Virus record (IMG/VR): IMGVR_UViG_3300033148_007227 | Coordinates: 39,856-103,855 of that record | Strand: one strand, 5' to 3' | Source of the DNA: a virus | DNA: 64,000 bases | Part shown: piece by piece, positions 19,365-28,845 of the stretch | Layout: each line of letters begins with the position of its first letter | Numbering within the stretch: the stretch's first letter is position 1 | Position numbers and translations under genes: made by a program | The notes under the pieces: generated by a model | The model's input: the letters and a program-made list of their open reading frames with translations, nothing else | Told to the model about the DNA's origin: nothing | Databases searched by the model: none

Positions 19365-21105
19365 TGATATCTCAAAAAATATCACTCTTTCATCTGCTAC
19401 AGATGAAGGGATAACTGTACTCGTAAGAGATTTAGGAATTATAAAATGGGTCAGTAGATGGAAGCTGGTAGCTGATATAGAAGTTGATACAGACAATGGA
19501 TTCAGTTTTGATTGTGCTATAAAGTTCTGGAACAATGATTTTTCAGTTCAATCCAGCCCTATAACTTTTACAGATTTACAAAGAAAAATTATAAGTTTTG
19601 AGGATTTTGTTTTTTGTGGTAATGAAGACTGGTTTTATGTGACTATTGAAGTGATTGATTATAATGGTAATACGTCTATTGATTTTACAATTCACAATTC
19701 ATTTTTAGTAAAAGGTGTTGATACTTTATTAATAAATAGCAATGGTAATTTGTTAAAAGATGAGCATCATTATAATTCCAGCTTGATTCTTGATGTTATA
19801 GATAATGAAGGAATCAATAGTGCTGGTTATCAAAGTTTAGTGGATTCATTGACAAGAGATTTAGTTCAAAGCCATTTGAGTATAAATAAGATTAGTGGTT
19901 TGTATCCTAGAGCTTTTGCAGATGGAGATTTTAGAGTGTTTAATGATGAAGGTGACAGTATGATTATTGTAAGTTTCGATCACAATAATGGTACTGATAT
20001 AGAAACCATAAATGTTACGTATTTAACAGGAACAGATGAGGTAAAAGTGACTACAGCTTTGGGATCGAATACTTTAAGTTATACTGGTCCTAATTTTTAT
20101 GAATTTCAAATAGTAAGTGGGCTCGATCAAGAAGATATAAGAGTGTGGGTAGATGTGGAAAAATCGAAAAGTCCTGGTCCTGTCAGTATAGGAGATATAG
20201 ACACAACAGTAGTTAGAAAGTATTTGAAAGGTTCTTTAGTAGAGCAAAAGAACTTTGATTTTATTGATCGGGGAAATGACTGGTTCAATTATTATAGACC
20301 TAAGAATAAGAGTGTGTTTGAGGAGAATCTTAATTTTTCTTTTGTGGGACCAGATTGGGAAGCTGATCTGACTTATGAAGCTATTCAAGATAAGAATTTA
20401 TGTTTACTTTTGAGAGATGGAGTTCCTATTCCTGATATTTATTGGGATTTTGTTGATAGTAATACAATCTCACTCGACAATGCTGAATTTGATAGCACGG
20501 CTGTTTATACTTTCAGTTACAAACTTGATCTTTTTATAACTTTTGAAATTGATATATCAGGATTTACGAGTATTAATGAAATGTATTTGTTACCTCTGAT
20601 TGATAATTTTAATCCTAATAGAAGTTTGATAGGAGAAGTTGATTTAGAAGAATCTGTAAACATAAATTCTGCTGGTGACGGAACTTTAAGGTTTTTTTCT
20701 AATGGAAATTTGGAGGATGTGGAAGTAAGAAGAATTGATAGAGATAGAGAGTTTATTCTTCCGGCTGATGGGATAATAGAAGTTGTAGATGATAGGATAA
20801 GAATAAATCCTTTTTATTTTAATGAGAATAGTTTGTATGTTGTGAGTTATAAGGGATTTCTTGCAAATGTGGATAGTTTTGCTGATGTATCTGTTACATG
20901 GAGATATCAGAAAGAAGATTTAAGTTGGTCATCTTTTACGGGTTGGGATGGAAGGACTTTAATTCCTCATAAATATTTTGACACAACAGTCAAGAATGTT
21001 CAAAAAATCGAATTAAAAGCTGAGATTGATACAATAGATAATCTTTTCTTTTTAAGAGGAATGGGATTAGTTTTTGTAAGTTTGAGAGCAGGAGAATTAT
21101 TTTAG
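19351..21105 (+). CDS. baseplate/tail structural protein
   Basis: 584 aa, acidic and beta-rich; between baseplate and fibre genes. Confidence 0.55.
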   Translation: MPIYSDISKNITLSSATDEGITVLVRDLGIIKWVSRWKLVADIEVDTDNGFSFDCAIKFWNNDFSVQSSPITFTDLQRKIISFEDFVFCGNEDWFYVTIEVIDYNGNTSIDFTIHNSFLVKGVDTLLINSNGNLLKDEHHYNSSLILDVIDNEGINSAGYQSLVDSLTRDLVQSHLSINKISGLYPRAFADGDFRVFNDEGDSMIIVSFDHNNGTDIETINVTYLTGTDEVKVTTALGSNTLSYTGPNFYEFQIVSGLDQEDIRVWVDVEKSKSPGPVSIGDIDTTVVRKYLKGSLVEQKNFDFIDRGNDWFNYYRPKNKSVFEENLNFSFVGPDWEADLTYEAIQDKNLCLLLRDGVPIPDIYWDFVDSNTISLDNAEFDSTAVYTFSYKLDLFITFEIDISGFTSINEMYLLPLIDNFNPNRSLIGEVDLEESVNINSAGDGTLRFFSNGNLEDVEVRRIDRDREFILPADGIIEVVDDRIRINPFYFNENSLYVVSYKGFLANVDSFADVSVTWRYQKEDLSWSSFTGWDGRTLIPHKYFDTTVKNVQKIELKAEIDTIDNLFFLRGMGLVFVSLRAGELF

Positions 21106-21117
21106 TCGGAGGGTGTG

Positions 21118-24100
21118 ATGGATAAGTCTAATTTTCCAAATTCAGTTCCTTTTACTGGATCAGACTTAGTTTTTGAGTCTAATGCTAGGCAAAAGGTTGA
21201 TAGAAGAACTATAAAAGAAGGACTGCAAACAGGAGTAATTGAGGGTCTTATAGTATCTGTAAACGGATCAGATGCGACTAAGGTTGATATTTCTCCTGGA
21301 AATGGATATGTGGGAGATGTTGATTTTGGGGATAAGTTAGATTCAGAGTTTGGTTCTTATATAAAACATGGATCAGGGGCCACTTTAAATGCTCCTATTG
21401 GTGGATGGATTGCTGGAACTAATTATTATGTTAATGCTGTTTATAATGAGACTGTTACAATTCAAAGACCTGATGAAGATGGAACATCTTTATTTGATGT
21501 AAGAACTGAAAGCACGTCAGTTGATTGTACCTTTGAGATTATAACTGTTACAGATTATCTGGCTCTTAGTGATATTGATAAGCATAAGAGATTGAAGCTT
21601 GCTATAGTAACTCCCTCTGGAACTTCATTGGTGAGCAGTGATATAGAAAATTCTTATGTTATTGAAAGAGTTAAAACTGCTGGAACTTTATCTTTGACAG
21701 GTGTAGAAGTTCTTGAAGTTTCTTCAACTGCTGTTGATGGAACTTCTGAAATTGACTGGAATCAAGCAACAACAGAATTGAAATGGAAGGACGCAGGAGA
21801 TGGCTCGTTTGGAGCGTCTGTAGATATTTCGACAGATGGAATACATATTTTAGAATCTAACGTTACAAGTAAATTTATAAAAGTAAGAACCACATTAGCA
21901 TTGTTTCCAGCTTCAAGTGGAACCTTTGATCTTGAGATAAATGATCTGTATGAAGGAGTTATTAGACCTGCAAGTGGTGCAGATAGACTTTTAAGGAGTT
22001 ATGGTGGGTCTGCTCTTAAAACCAGAACAAATCCTTTGGGGTTGAGTATAGATGATTTGGGTGTTGGTGTGGGAGAAGATATAAAATCTCATAGAGTATA
22101 TATGCACAAGAATGGAATTGTATCTGATAATAGTAATACTCTAAAAGCTTCTATAATTCAAACATTGGAAGATTATTTAAGTTTAGGGGTTCTTGCCGGT
22201 GCTGACAGATTCTTCGTGAAAGGGAATGTGTTTACTGGTATAGTTGAATCTGAAGACTCTGCTCCTGCCGGGAATGAATATACGATTCAATTTAATGATT
22301 TTGATGATGGAGACTGGCATTTATTGGAGGTTTATGTTGATGAATTTGGAACTTTGAGCAGAAATGAATTGGCTAGTGTAAGTTCTCCTAATGTGATAGG
22401 AGTCGTTTTGCTTGATCTTCTTTTAGAAACACAAGCTAATTTTGATATTGATTATACTTATGTAAGTGTTGAGGAAAGGACTCTTCAATTTAATAACGGA
22501 GAAACTGTAACTTTAATTCCTGGAGCAGATGCTACTTATGAATTAACTGGAGAAAATGGATATGATAAACTTATAGTTTATGTGGATTGGGATGAACTTG
22601 ATACTTCAAATGCTTCTGATACCTGGGATATTGCTAATGCTCCTGTTGATGGAGTTGATGATAGTTTGAAGATTTGTAATATAGTTTATTTTAATTCAGT
22701 TCTTTATGGAGAGAATGCGGACTATATAACTGGTGGTGGAACTCCTTATGATTTAAGACAGTTTGGTACTCTAGGAGAAGAGAACTTTAGAAAGGATACA
22801 AAGGAATATATAGAGTTCCCAGGAAGAGAGATTTTAAGTAATGGGGTGATTCAAGGATTTGTATTGAATGAAAATCCTGCTAATAGTCTTGAGATTGGTC
22901 CAGGTAGGGGATACATAAAGGGAAAAGAAGTAGTATTGACTGATAGTACAACTATTGATTTTAGTACAGGTGCTTATGATAACAAAACTTGGTATGTATG
23001 GCTTTCTGATGATGGAACAATAGAAGCTCTTGAAGAACCTTTAGATAATAGCTCTAATGTGCTTGAGAGTGTTCTAGTTAGATTAGCTTCTGAAAGAATA
23101 ATACTAGCAAAAGTGGTAGTTGGTTCTAGTATAATATCTTCTTATTTGGATATGAGAAGCTATGTTGGAGTTGAAGATAGAAAAACAGATGATGATGAAA
23201 GTTTAGGTGTTTTAGTTCCTGAGTTGGAGATAAATAAATCTTTGATTTATCCTTCAGGAAGAATTATAAGGCTTGATGATGAGTTGCATATAACTAAAAA
23301 TTTGAGAAGGAATTATAGTACTGGAAAGTGGGAGTTAGAGGATTCTAGTAAACACGGAGTTACGGTTATTATTAAGTCCAATAGTGAAGATAAGGATTTA
23401 TTTTCAGTTAGACAACTTGAACCTTCATCTTCTCCTGTATCTGAAATTGATGATAGGGTATTATTTCAACAGAGTCCTTTCATACCTTATTTTAAAACAC
23501 TATATGGAAATGGTGAATTAGGTAATGTTGAACTATCGTCTAATACAGATTTGGGGACTGATAGAATAAGACAGTATAAGAATTTAACAATTAAAAGTGG
23601 AGTAGAATTAACAGGGAATGGTCCTTTTTTGATTATAGGAGTTCAGGAAAAACTTACTATTGAAAGTGGTGCAGTAATAAGACTTGATGGAATTGCAGGA
23701 GCTAGTTCTGTTGGAGGTCCTGGAAAGGGTGGAGTTGGGGGAAATGGTGGTTCAAATCCTGGAAATCCAGGACTTGCAAGTGGACCAGCTTCATATCCTA
23801 ATTACTATGCAAAAAATGGGTCAGCTAGAATAGGTGGTGGGGTTTTTTCTCCTTATTCTTTTGCCTCTGGTGGTGGTGGTGGTGGTGGTGGTTTAAGTTC
23901 TATCGGAGGAGGTGGTGCTGGTGGTGGTTACGGAGGTAATGGTGGTGATGTTTTTGTTGTTGGAAGTTCTGGAGTTGTAACTATGAATGGGATAGGAGAA
24001 TCTGCTTTAACTACAATTAAGATTAATAAACCTGAAGGTTTAATTTTAGTATCTAAAGGTGGAATTTTAGGATGGGGAGGGGGAGGAGGTGGTGGTGGTG

Positions 24101-24408
24101 TTGGTGGTGCTGGTGGTGGTGGTGGTGGTGCTATTTATATTGAAGCTAGAGAAATTGAAGTACTAGGATCAGGTATTAACTTTAGTGTTGTAGGAGGAGA
24201 TGGACAGTCAAGTGGAAGTGGTGGAGGTGGAGGTGCTGGTGGTGGAGGTACAGTTTTTATTGTAAGTTCTTTGTCAAATGAAAATTCAGATTTGATTTTA
24301 GCTAGAATTGATACATCAGGGGGAAGTGGTGGTAGTAGTAGTAATGGTAAAAATGGTGGAGGTAGTGAAGCTGGATTAAAAGGAGTTTATTTGTTTAGTG
24401 AATTATAA
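21118..24408 (+). CDS. tail fibre / receptor-binding protein with glycine-rich C-terminal domain
   Basis: About 1096 aa; two GVIxG...ISPGxGY-type modules; C-terminal poly-Gly runs (GGGGGGAIYIEA); GGAGG RBS. Confidence 0.7.
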   Translation: MDKSNFPNSVPFTGSDLVFESNARQKVDRRTIKEGLQTGVIEGLIVSVNGSDATKVDISPGNGYVGDVDFGDKLDSEFGSYIKHGSGATLNAPIGGWIAGTNYYVNAVYNETVTIQRPDEDGTSLFDVRTESTSVDCTFEIITVTDYLALSDIDKHKRLKLAIVTPSGTSLVSSDIENSYVIERVKTAGTLSLTGVEVLEVSSTAVDGTSEIDWNQATTELKWKDAGDGSFGASVDISTDGIHILESNVTSKFIKVRTTLALFPASSGTFDLEINDLYEGVIRPASGADRLLRSYGGSALKTRTNPLGLSIDDLGVGVGEDIKSHRVYMHKNGIVSDNSNTLKASIIQTLEDYLSLGVLAGADRFFVKGNVFTGIVESEDSAPAGNEYTIQFNDFDDGDWHLLEVYVDEFGTLSRNELASVSSPNVIGVVLLDLLLETQANFDIDYTYVSVEERTLQFNNGETVTLIPGADATYELTGENGYDKLIVYVDWDELDTSNASDTWDIANAPVDGVDDSLKICNIVYFNSVLYGENADYITGGGTPYDLRQFGTLGEENFRKDTKEYIEFPGREILSNGVIQGFVLNENPANSLEIGPGRGYIKGKEVVLTDSTTIDFSTGAYDNKTWYVWLSDDGTIEALEEPLDNSSNVLESVLVRLASERIILAKVVVGSSIISSYLDMRSYVGVEDRKTDDDESLGVLVPELEINKSLIYPSGRIIRLDDELHITKNLRRNYSTGKWELEDSSKHGVTVIIKSNSEDKDLFSVRQLEPSSSPVSEIDDRVLFQQSPFIPYFKTLYGNGELGNVELSSNTDLGTDRIRQYKNLTIKSGVELTGNGPFLIIGVQEKLTIESGAVIRLDGIAGASSVGGPGKGGVGGNGGSNPGNPGLASGPASYPNYYAKNGSARIGGGVFSPYSFASGGGGGGGGLSSIGGGGAGGGYGGNGGDVFVVGSSGVVTMNGIGESALTTIKINKPEGLILVSKGGILGWGGGGGGGGVGGAGGGGGGAIYIEAREIEVLGSGINFSVVGGDGQSSGSGGGGGAGGGGTVFIVSSLSNENSDLILARIDTSGGSGGSSSNGKNGGGSEAGLKGVYLFSEL
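23869..23892 (+). repeat. (GGT)8 microsatellite encoding poly-Gly
   Basis: Seen directly; further GGT/GGA runs at about 24076-24250. Confidence 0.9.
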
Positions 24409-24470
24409 AGATGATGGTTTATATAATTTATAAAATTTATAGATAACTTGGAAATAAAGGAGATTGTATT

Positions 24471-25358
24471 ATGAGCTTCATGGATAATCTTAAAAGTTTA
24501 GAAAATCTGGTTGAGAATTTAAAAACAATATCTGGGAATGTAAAGAGGAATGAACTAGTTGCTCTTATAGATGCTGTTATTGAAATGCTTACAAGTGGTG
24601 TATCTACTTTAAGTAATGTTATAGGAATTGGAAAACCTTATCCACCTGAAGGTTTGTTGCTTACAGATGTTACGGCTTCTCAGGTTGATCTGGAATGGAC
24701 TGCGGCTTTTTTAAGTGATGCACAGTATGTGGAACGTAGTGATGATGATGGAGAAAATTGGAGTGATATAAGTGGAGATTTAGCTTCAGGTGCTAATTCA
24801 TATTCTGACGCTACTGTAAGTCCTGACACTGACTATCAATATAGAATTAAAGCTTATGCCAAGATGGGTAAACCAGATGCTAAGAAGCTTGTTTGGAGAC
24901 ATTCGGATTATATAAGTTCTGCTTTTCCTGAAGATATTATTTCAAGTTTGACGGATGCTTTTGCTTTTATAGCTCCAGGAAATGGTAAAATAACTAATGT
25001 GGGATTGTATGTTGCTAATACAGGAGAAGATGGTGCTAATCCTCTTGAGATAGAAGCTGATGTTAAAATAGCAGGAACTTCTATTTTTAATACTAAGCCT
25101 AAAATCACCAAAGATGCAACTGATGGTTCCAGTACCTATGAATCTGGAACAGGAATAACTCAACCGGTTTTTAATTTAACTACTGGAATTAGAGATTTTG
25201 CAGTTGGGGATTTAATAACTATAGATTTGAATCTTACTCGTACAGCTACTCCAACAGATGAGATGTCGGGAATAGTTGTGATTATAGATTATGAAGAAGG
25301 AGAAAGACAAGATTCTGATCCTTCAAATATATTATTTGTATCTACTCCTTCTTCATAA
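24471..25358 (+). CDS. fibronectin type III domain virion protein with inserted beta-sandwich
   Basis: PYPPEGL...VDLEW...YSDATVSPDTDYQYRIKA; FN3 last strand SDPSNILFVST at the extreme C-terminus. Confidence 0.7.
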   Translation: MSFMDNLKSLENLVENLKTISGNVKRNELVALIDAVIEMLTSGVSTLSNVIGIGKPYPPEGLLLTDVTASQVDLEWTAAFLSDAQYVERSDDDGENWSDISGDLASGANSYSDATVSPDTDYQYRIKAYAKMGKPDAKKLVWRHSDYISSAFPEDIISSLTDAFAFIAPGNGKITNVGLYVANTGEDGANPLEIEADVKIAGTSIFNTKPKITKDATDGSSTYESGTGITQPVFNLTTGIRDFAVGDLITIDLNLTRTATPTDEMSGIVVIIDYEEGERQDSDPSNILFVSTPSS

Positions 25359-25370
25359 TAGGAAATTATT

Positions 25371-25730
25371 ATGAAAGATGAAAATTTTCAAGTTATAAAA
25401 GTAGAAGGGTTTAAGGAAACTTTGAAAAAATGGTGGTGGAAAGCTATGTTTACCATCATTTCTCAAAAGTATTGGATAACTTTAATTTCCATTTTTGTTT
25501 TATATCAATTAATGATAACAAAGCATACTTACGATTTAGTGAATACAAAAGGAGAGGTTGTATCTATTACATCTCCATATTTGAATGCAACGGATGGGGG
25601 AAATTATTTACAGTTAATAGTTGTAGCATTTCTTGCAATTAGATCATTACCTGTTATAATAATTTCTGCTGGTGAAGCTATACATAAAGCAAAAAACAGT
25701 AAAGAACTAGAAAAAGAAAAGGAGGTCTAG
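25371..25730 (+). CDS. putative holin
   Basis: 119 aa, two hydrophobic segments, SQKYW motif, charged C-terminus; end of the tail module. Confidence 0.5.
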   Translation: MKDENFQVIKVEGFKETLKKWWWKAMFTIISQKYWITLISIFVLYQLMITKHTYDLVNTKGEVVSITSPYLNATDGGNYLQLIVVAFLAIRSLPVIIISAGEAIHKAKNSKELEKEKEV

Positions 25731-25734
25731 TAAA

Positions 25735-26016
25735 ATGGAAGGAAAGAAAGTTGGATTTAAGGCTGAGGAAGTAGGTGAAATTTTTAAGAGGTTCATGTGT
25801 CTGATAGTGGATGACTCAGAAAACGTAATGGTGGACATTCATGAATCGGAAAATTCAATCATCTTTGAGCTGGCTGTTCCTGGTGATGAATACGGAAAGG
25901 CTATTGGAAAGAATGGAAAGCTGGCAAACGCTTTGAGAACAATGATTCGTGCAGTTGCAGGGAGCTTTGACAAAAGGCTTGTTTTGGAGTTCTCTGCTCG
26001 AAAAACAAAAAATTAA
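25735..26016 (+). CDS. khpA: KH-domain RNA-binding protein KhpA (YlqC/UPF0109 family)
   Basis: IVDDSENV...ELAV..DEYGKAIGKNGKLANALRTMI...KRLVLEF; GxxG KH loop intact. Confidence 0.85.
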   Translation: MEGKKVGFKAEEVGEIFKRFMCLIVDDSENVMVDIHESENSIIFELAVPGDEYGKAIGKNGKLANALRTMIRAVAGSFDKRLVLEFSARKTKN

Positions 26017-26047
26017 AGTTTCTCTCTTTTGTATTATAGAATGGAGA

Positions 26048-26076
26048 GTTCAAAAATAAAACTTTTATTTTTGAAC
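26048..26076. promoter_or_regulatory. perfect 14-bp inverted repeat (operator, terminator or cruciform candidate)
   Basis: GTTCAAAAATAAAA-C-TTTTATTTTTGAAC at the structural/replication module boundary. Confidence 0.5.
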
Positions 26077-26129
26077 CTTTGTGGTTGTTGAAATCTTGAG
26101 TATTTGTTTATTTTTTTAAGGAGATAGGG

Positions 26130-27500
26130 ATGATACTTTTAGTAGATGGAGATAGTTTAGTTTGGAGGTCTGTAGCTACAGGGTCGGATTTTACTCACGG
26201 ATGGATTGTTCAAAAGATACTTGGAATTTCAGATAGTTATGATCCAGAGGCTTTGATTGTAATATGGGATGATCTATCAGAAAGAAGAAAAGAGATTTAC
26301 CCAGACTACAAAGCCCAGAGACATGTAGATGAAGAGCTGTTAGCTAAAAAGAAAACTTTGAAAAATGAAACTATTGAATCTTTGAGAATATGTGGAATCC
26401 CTCAATGCAGAGTTGAGGGGGAAGAGGGAGATGATGTTATAGCCACTTTTGTTAATAATATCTTTTCAGATGAGCAAATTCTTATCTGTTCAAATGATAA
26501 GGATTATTACTCTTTGCTTTCAAAAAGAGTTAAGATTTGGAACTGGAAGGAGGAGTATGATGAGTTTAAATTCAGAGGAGAATATCAGATCAATCCTGAA
26601 GATTGGATAAAACTAAGAAGTTTGATGGGGGATTCTTCAGATAATATTAAAGGTGTTTATGGGATAGGACCAAAGAAAGGTTTAGAAATAATTAAGAACG
26701 GTAACTATGGAGATTATGAGAATCAAGATGATGTTCAACTAAGCAAGAAATTATTGAGCTTTTTTGATATTGATGAAGATAAAATATCTTCTGGAATGGA
26801 TTTTGGTTCTATTGATTTTTTCAAGATCAAACAACTTTGTGAAGTCTGTAGAATGAACTATGATAATTTTTCAACTTTTGTATGGACACTTTATAACAAA
26901 TCAAAATTGAAAAAGTGGAGAATTAGTAGTCTTGAGAGTGAGATGGAAAGTTGTGATAGATGTAAGCTTCGGGAAAAAGCAAAGAATGTTGTTTGCTTTT
27001 CAGGTGACATAAATTCAGAAATTATGATTATAGGTGAAGCTCCAGGTAAGGAGGAGGATGAGACAGGAATCCCTTTCATTGGTAAAGCTGGGGATGAACT
27101 GGATCGTTGGTTAAGGAGAATAGGGCTTGATAGGAACTCTCTGTTAATATCCAATGTTTGTTGGTGCAGACCTGTAGATAAACATGGGGAGAACAAAGCA
27201 CCTACTGAGAAGCATGTCAGTTTTTGTAGTCAGTATGGGATTGAAAGGTTAATAAAATATGTTAATCCAAAGTTTATAATATTGTTAGGTAAATCTCCTT
27301 CTACTTACTTCATGAATACGAAAATAAAAGTTACTAGAGACTATGGTAAGTACAATGTAACAAAATGGGGAATGAAGTTTGTTGTTTGGATTCTACTTCA
27401 TCCCGCAGCTCTTTTGTATCAAAAGGATCAAGAAGGTATTGTTTTCGATCAACTTAGGGAGATGGGAGAATATTTAAGAAAGGAAGGGTATGTAAAATGA
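26130..27500 (+). CDS. fusion of 5'-3' exonuclease (T4 RNase H / PolA 5'-nuclease) and family-4 uracil-DNA glycosylase
   Basis: N: LLVDGD, YPDYKAQR, EGDDVIAT, SNDKD, LMGDSSDNIKGVYGIGPK; C: CDRCKL, IGEAPGKEEDETGIPFIGKAG, NVCWCRP, LLHPAALL. Confidence 0.9.
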   Translation: MILLVDGDSLVWRSVATGSDFTHGWIVQKILGISDSYDPEALIVIWDDLSERRKEIYPDYKAQRHVDEELLAKKKTLKNETIESLRICGIPQCRVEGEEGDDVIATFVNNIFSDEQILICSNDKDYYSLLSKRVKIWNWKEEYDEFKFRGEYQINPEDWIKLRSLMGDSSDNIKGVYGIGPKKGLEIIKNGNYGDYENQDDVQLSKKLLSFFDIDEDKISSGMDFGSIDFFKIKQLCEVCRMNYDNFSTFVWTLYNKSKLKKWRISSLESEMESCDRCKLREKAKNVVCFSGDINSEIMIIGEAPGKEEDETGIPFIGKAGDELDRWLRRIGLDRNSLLISNVCWCRPVDKHGENKAPTEKHVSFCSQYGIERLIKYVNPKFIILLGKSPSTYFMNTKIKVTRDYGKYNVTKWGMKFVVWILLHPAALLYQKDQEGIVFDQLREMGEYLRKEGYVK

Positions 27501-27575
27501 TAGTTTATATTTATTAGTGATAAAGTCTTTTTGTTCTGAATGTTGTAAGAATGATATAGTTTAGGAGGTTGAAAA

Positions 27576-27734
27576 ATGAATGTAAATAAGATACTTAATT
27601 TATACAATCTTCTTAAAGGTGAAAAAAGAGATGAGAATCGTTCAACTAAGAAAAAGTCTTTAACAAAGAAACAAAAGAAAAAAAGAAATAAGATTGCAAG
27701 AATAAGTAGAAGAAAGAACAGGAGAAAGAAATGA
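27576..27734 (+). CDS. 52-aa highly basic peptide (not in ORF track)
   Basis: AGGAGG RBS; MNVNKILNLYNLLKGEKRDENRSTKKKSLTKKQKKKRNKIARISRRKNRRKK; ATGA-coupled to speD. Confidence 0.7.
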   Translation: MNVNKILNLYNLLKGEKRDENRSTKKKSLTKKQKKKRNKIARISRRKNRRKK

Positions 27735-28078
27735 AGTTGAAGCATGTAATAGTTGATATAGAAGATATATCTGGTTCTAAGAGAATAATTAATGGTGTTT
27801 TAAATAGTGTGTCTGTTTTAGAAAAAATTTGTAAAGCTGCTGTTAGAGCTAGTGGTATGGATGTTGTCAATGAAGTAACTCATTCTTTTCCCGTTCAAGG
27901 AGTTACAATAAGTCTGATTTTAGCTGAAAGTCATCTTATGTTACATACTTGGCCGGAAGAAGGAAAATACTATATTGATGTTTTTGCTTGTGGAGATAAA
28001 GCTGATCCTTTCAAATGTATATATAGAATATGGGAAGCTTTAGGTGGAAAGATTATTAAGATACAAACTGTTAGATGA
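27731..28078 (+). CDS. speD: S-adenosylmethionine decarboxylase proenzyme (class 1B, pyruvoyl)
   Basis: HSFPVQGVTISLILAESHLMLHTWPE...IDVFACG; ESH self-cleavage motif. Confidence 0.88.
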   Translation: MKLKHVIVDIEDISGSKRIINGVLNSVSVLEKICKAAVRASGMDVVNEVTHSFPVQGVTISLILAESHLMLHTWPEEGKYYIDVFACGDKADPFKCIYRIWEALGGKIIKIQTVR

Positions 28079-28305
28079 TTATTAGCAATATGAGAAATTT
28101 AAGTGGTGTTGTTGTATTATGTGAGAAGTGTGATGGTTTGATTGGAGATGGTGAGGATTATGAAATGTTTGAGATGAGGTCTTATTTTGAGAAGATTTAT
28201 TTTCATAAAAATTGTTGTCCTCTTGTAATATATGAATTATTTAATCAAATACCAGTCAATTTGGAATTGATAAAATCAGTAATTGAAAATTTTGTGAGAG
28301 ATTAA
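28075..28305 (+). CDS. small putative zinc-binding protein
   Basis: CEKC...FHKNC motif. Confidence 0.5.
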   Translation: MIISNMRNLSGVVVLCEKCDGLIGDGEDYEMFEMRSYFEKIYFHKNCCPLVIYELFNQIPVNLELIKSVIENFVRD

Positions 28306-28359
28306 TACAAGTTAATTTAAGGAATGTAGAAAATTTATCTATGAAGGAGGGTATAAAAA

Positions 28360-28842
28360 ATGAAAAAGGTAATGATGATAATTGGGTTGATAATGTTAAT
28401 GTCTTTTGGAGCTTTAAGCTCAGATGATATCAGTCCACGTGAAGCTTGTTGTATAATGAATGAGGGTTTTTCGGAAAGAGGTTGGGCTACAGCTACTAGA
28501 ATCAATAATTGTGATAAAGAACATCTTGATTTTATGACTTCAGTGGGTGTATCTCATATTCCAGGAGATAGAAAGAATTTAGATTTTGAATTACTGCTTT
28601 TCTATAAATCCGATTTTACAGCAAATATTACAAGTGCTACAAAATGGCGAAGTGATAAAGCATATTTGTTTGTTAGAGGTTTCTATTTTAGAACGACGAC
28701 TGCAAAACTTAGAAGATGTAGATATAATAATAAAAACCTATATGAAAGAAATAAGTGTTATGTAAGATCATGGGAAAGAATAGATGAGTTTGATGCTTCT
28801 TGTTTTTGGGAAGCTAAAATTAAGTGTGATAGTATAAAATAA
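28360..28842 (+). CDS. secreted cysteine-containing hypothetical protein
   Basis: MKK plus hydrophobic core plus ALS signal peptide; 7 Cys; AAGGAGG RBS. Confidence 0.6.
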   Translation: MKKVMMIIGLIMLMSFGALSSDDISPREACCIMNEGFSERGWATATRINNCDKEHLDFMTSVGVSHIPGDRKNLDFELLLFYKSDFTANITSATKWRSDKAYLFVRGFYFRTTTAKLRRCRYNNKNLYERNKCYVRSWERIDEFDASCFWEAKIKCDSIK

Positions 28843-28845
28843 AAA

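Noticed and set aside
6666-25358. Tailocin or extracellular contractile injection system with ankyrin effectors
   Set aside because: The tail genes are contiguous with neck genes, a complete phage replication module and tRNAs, which indicates a genuine phage. The ankyrins lie over 30 kb away behind their own promoter.
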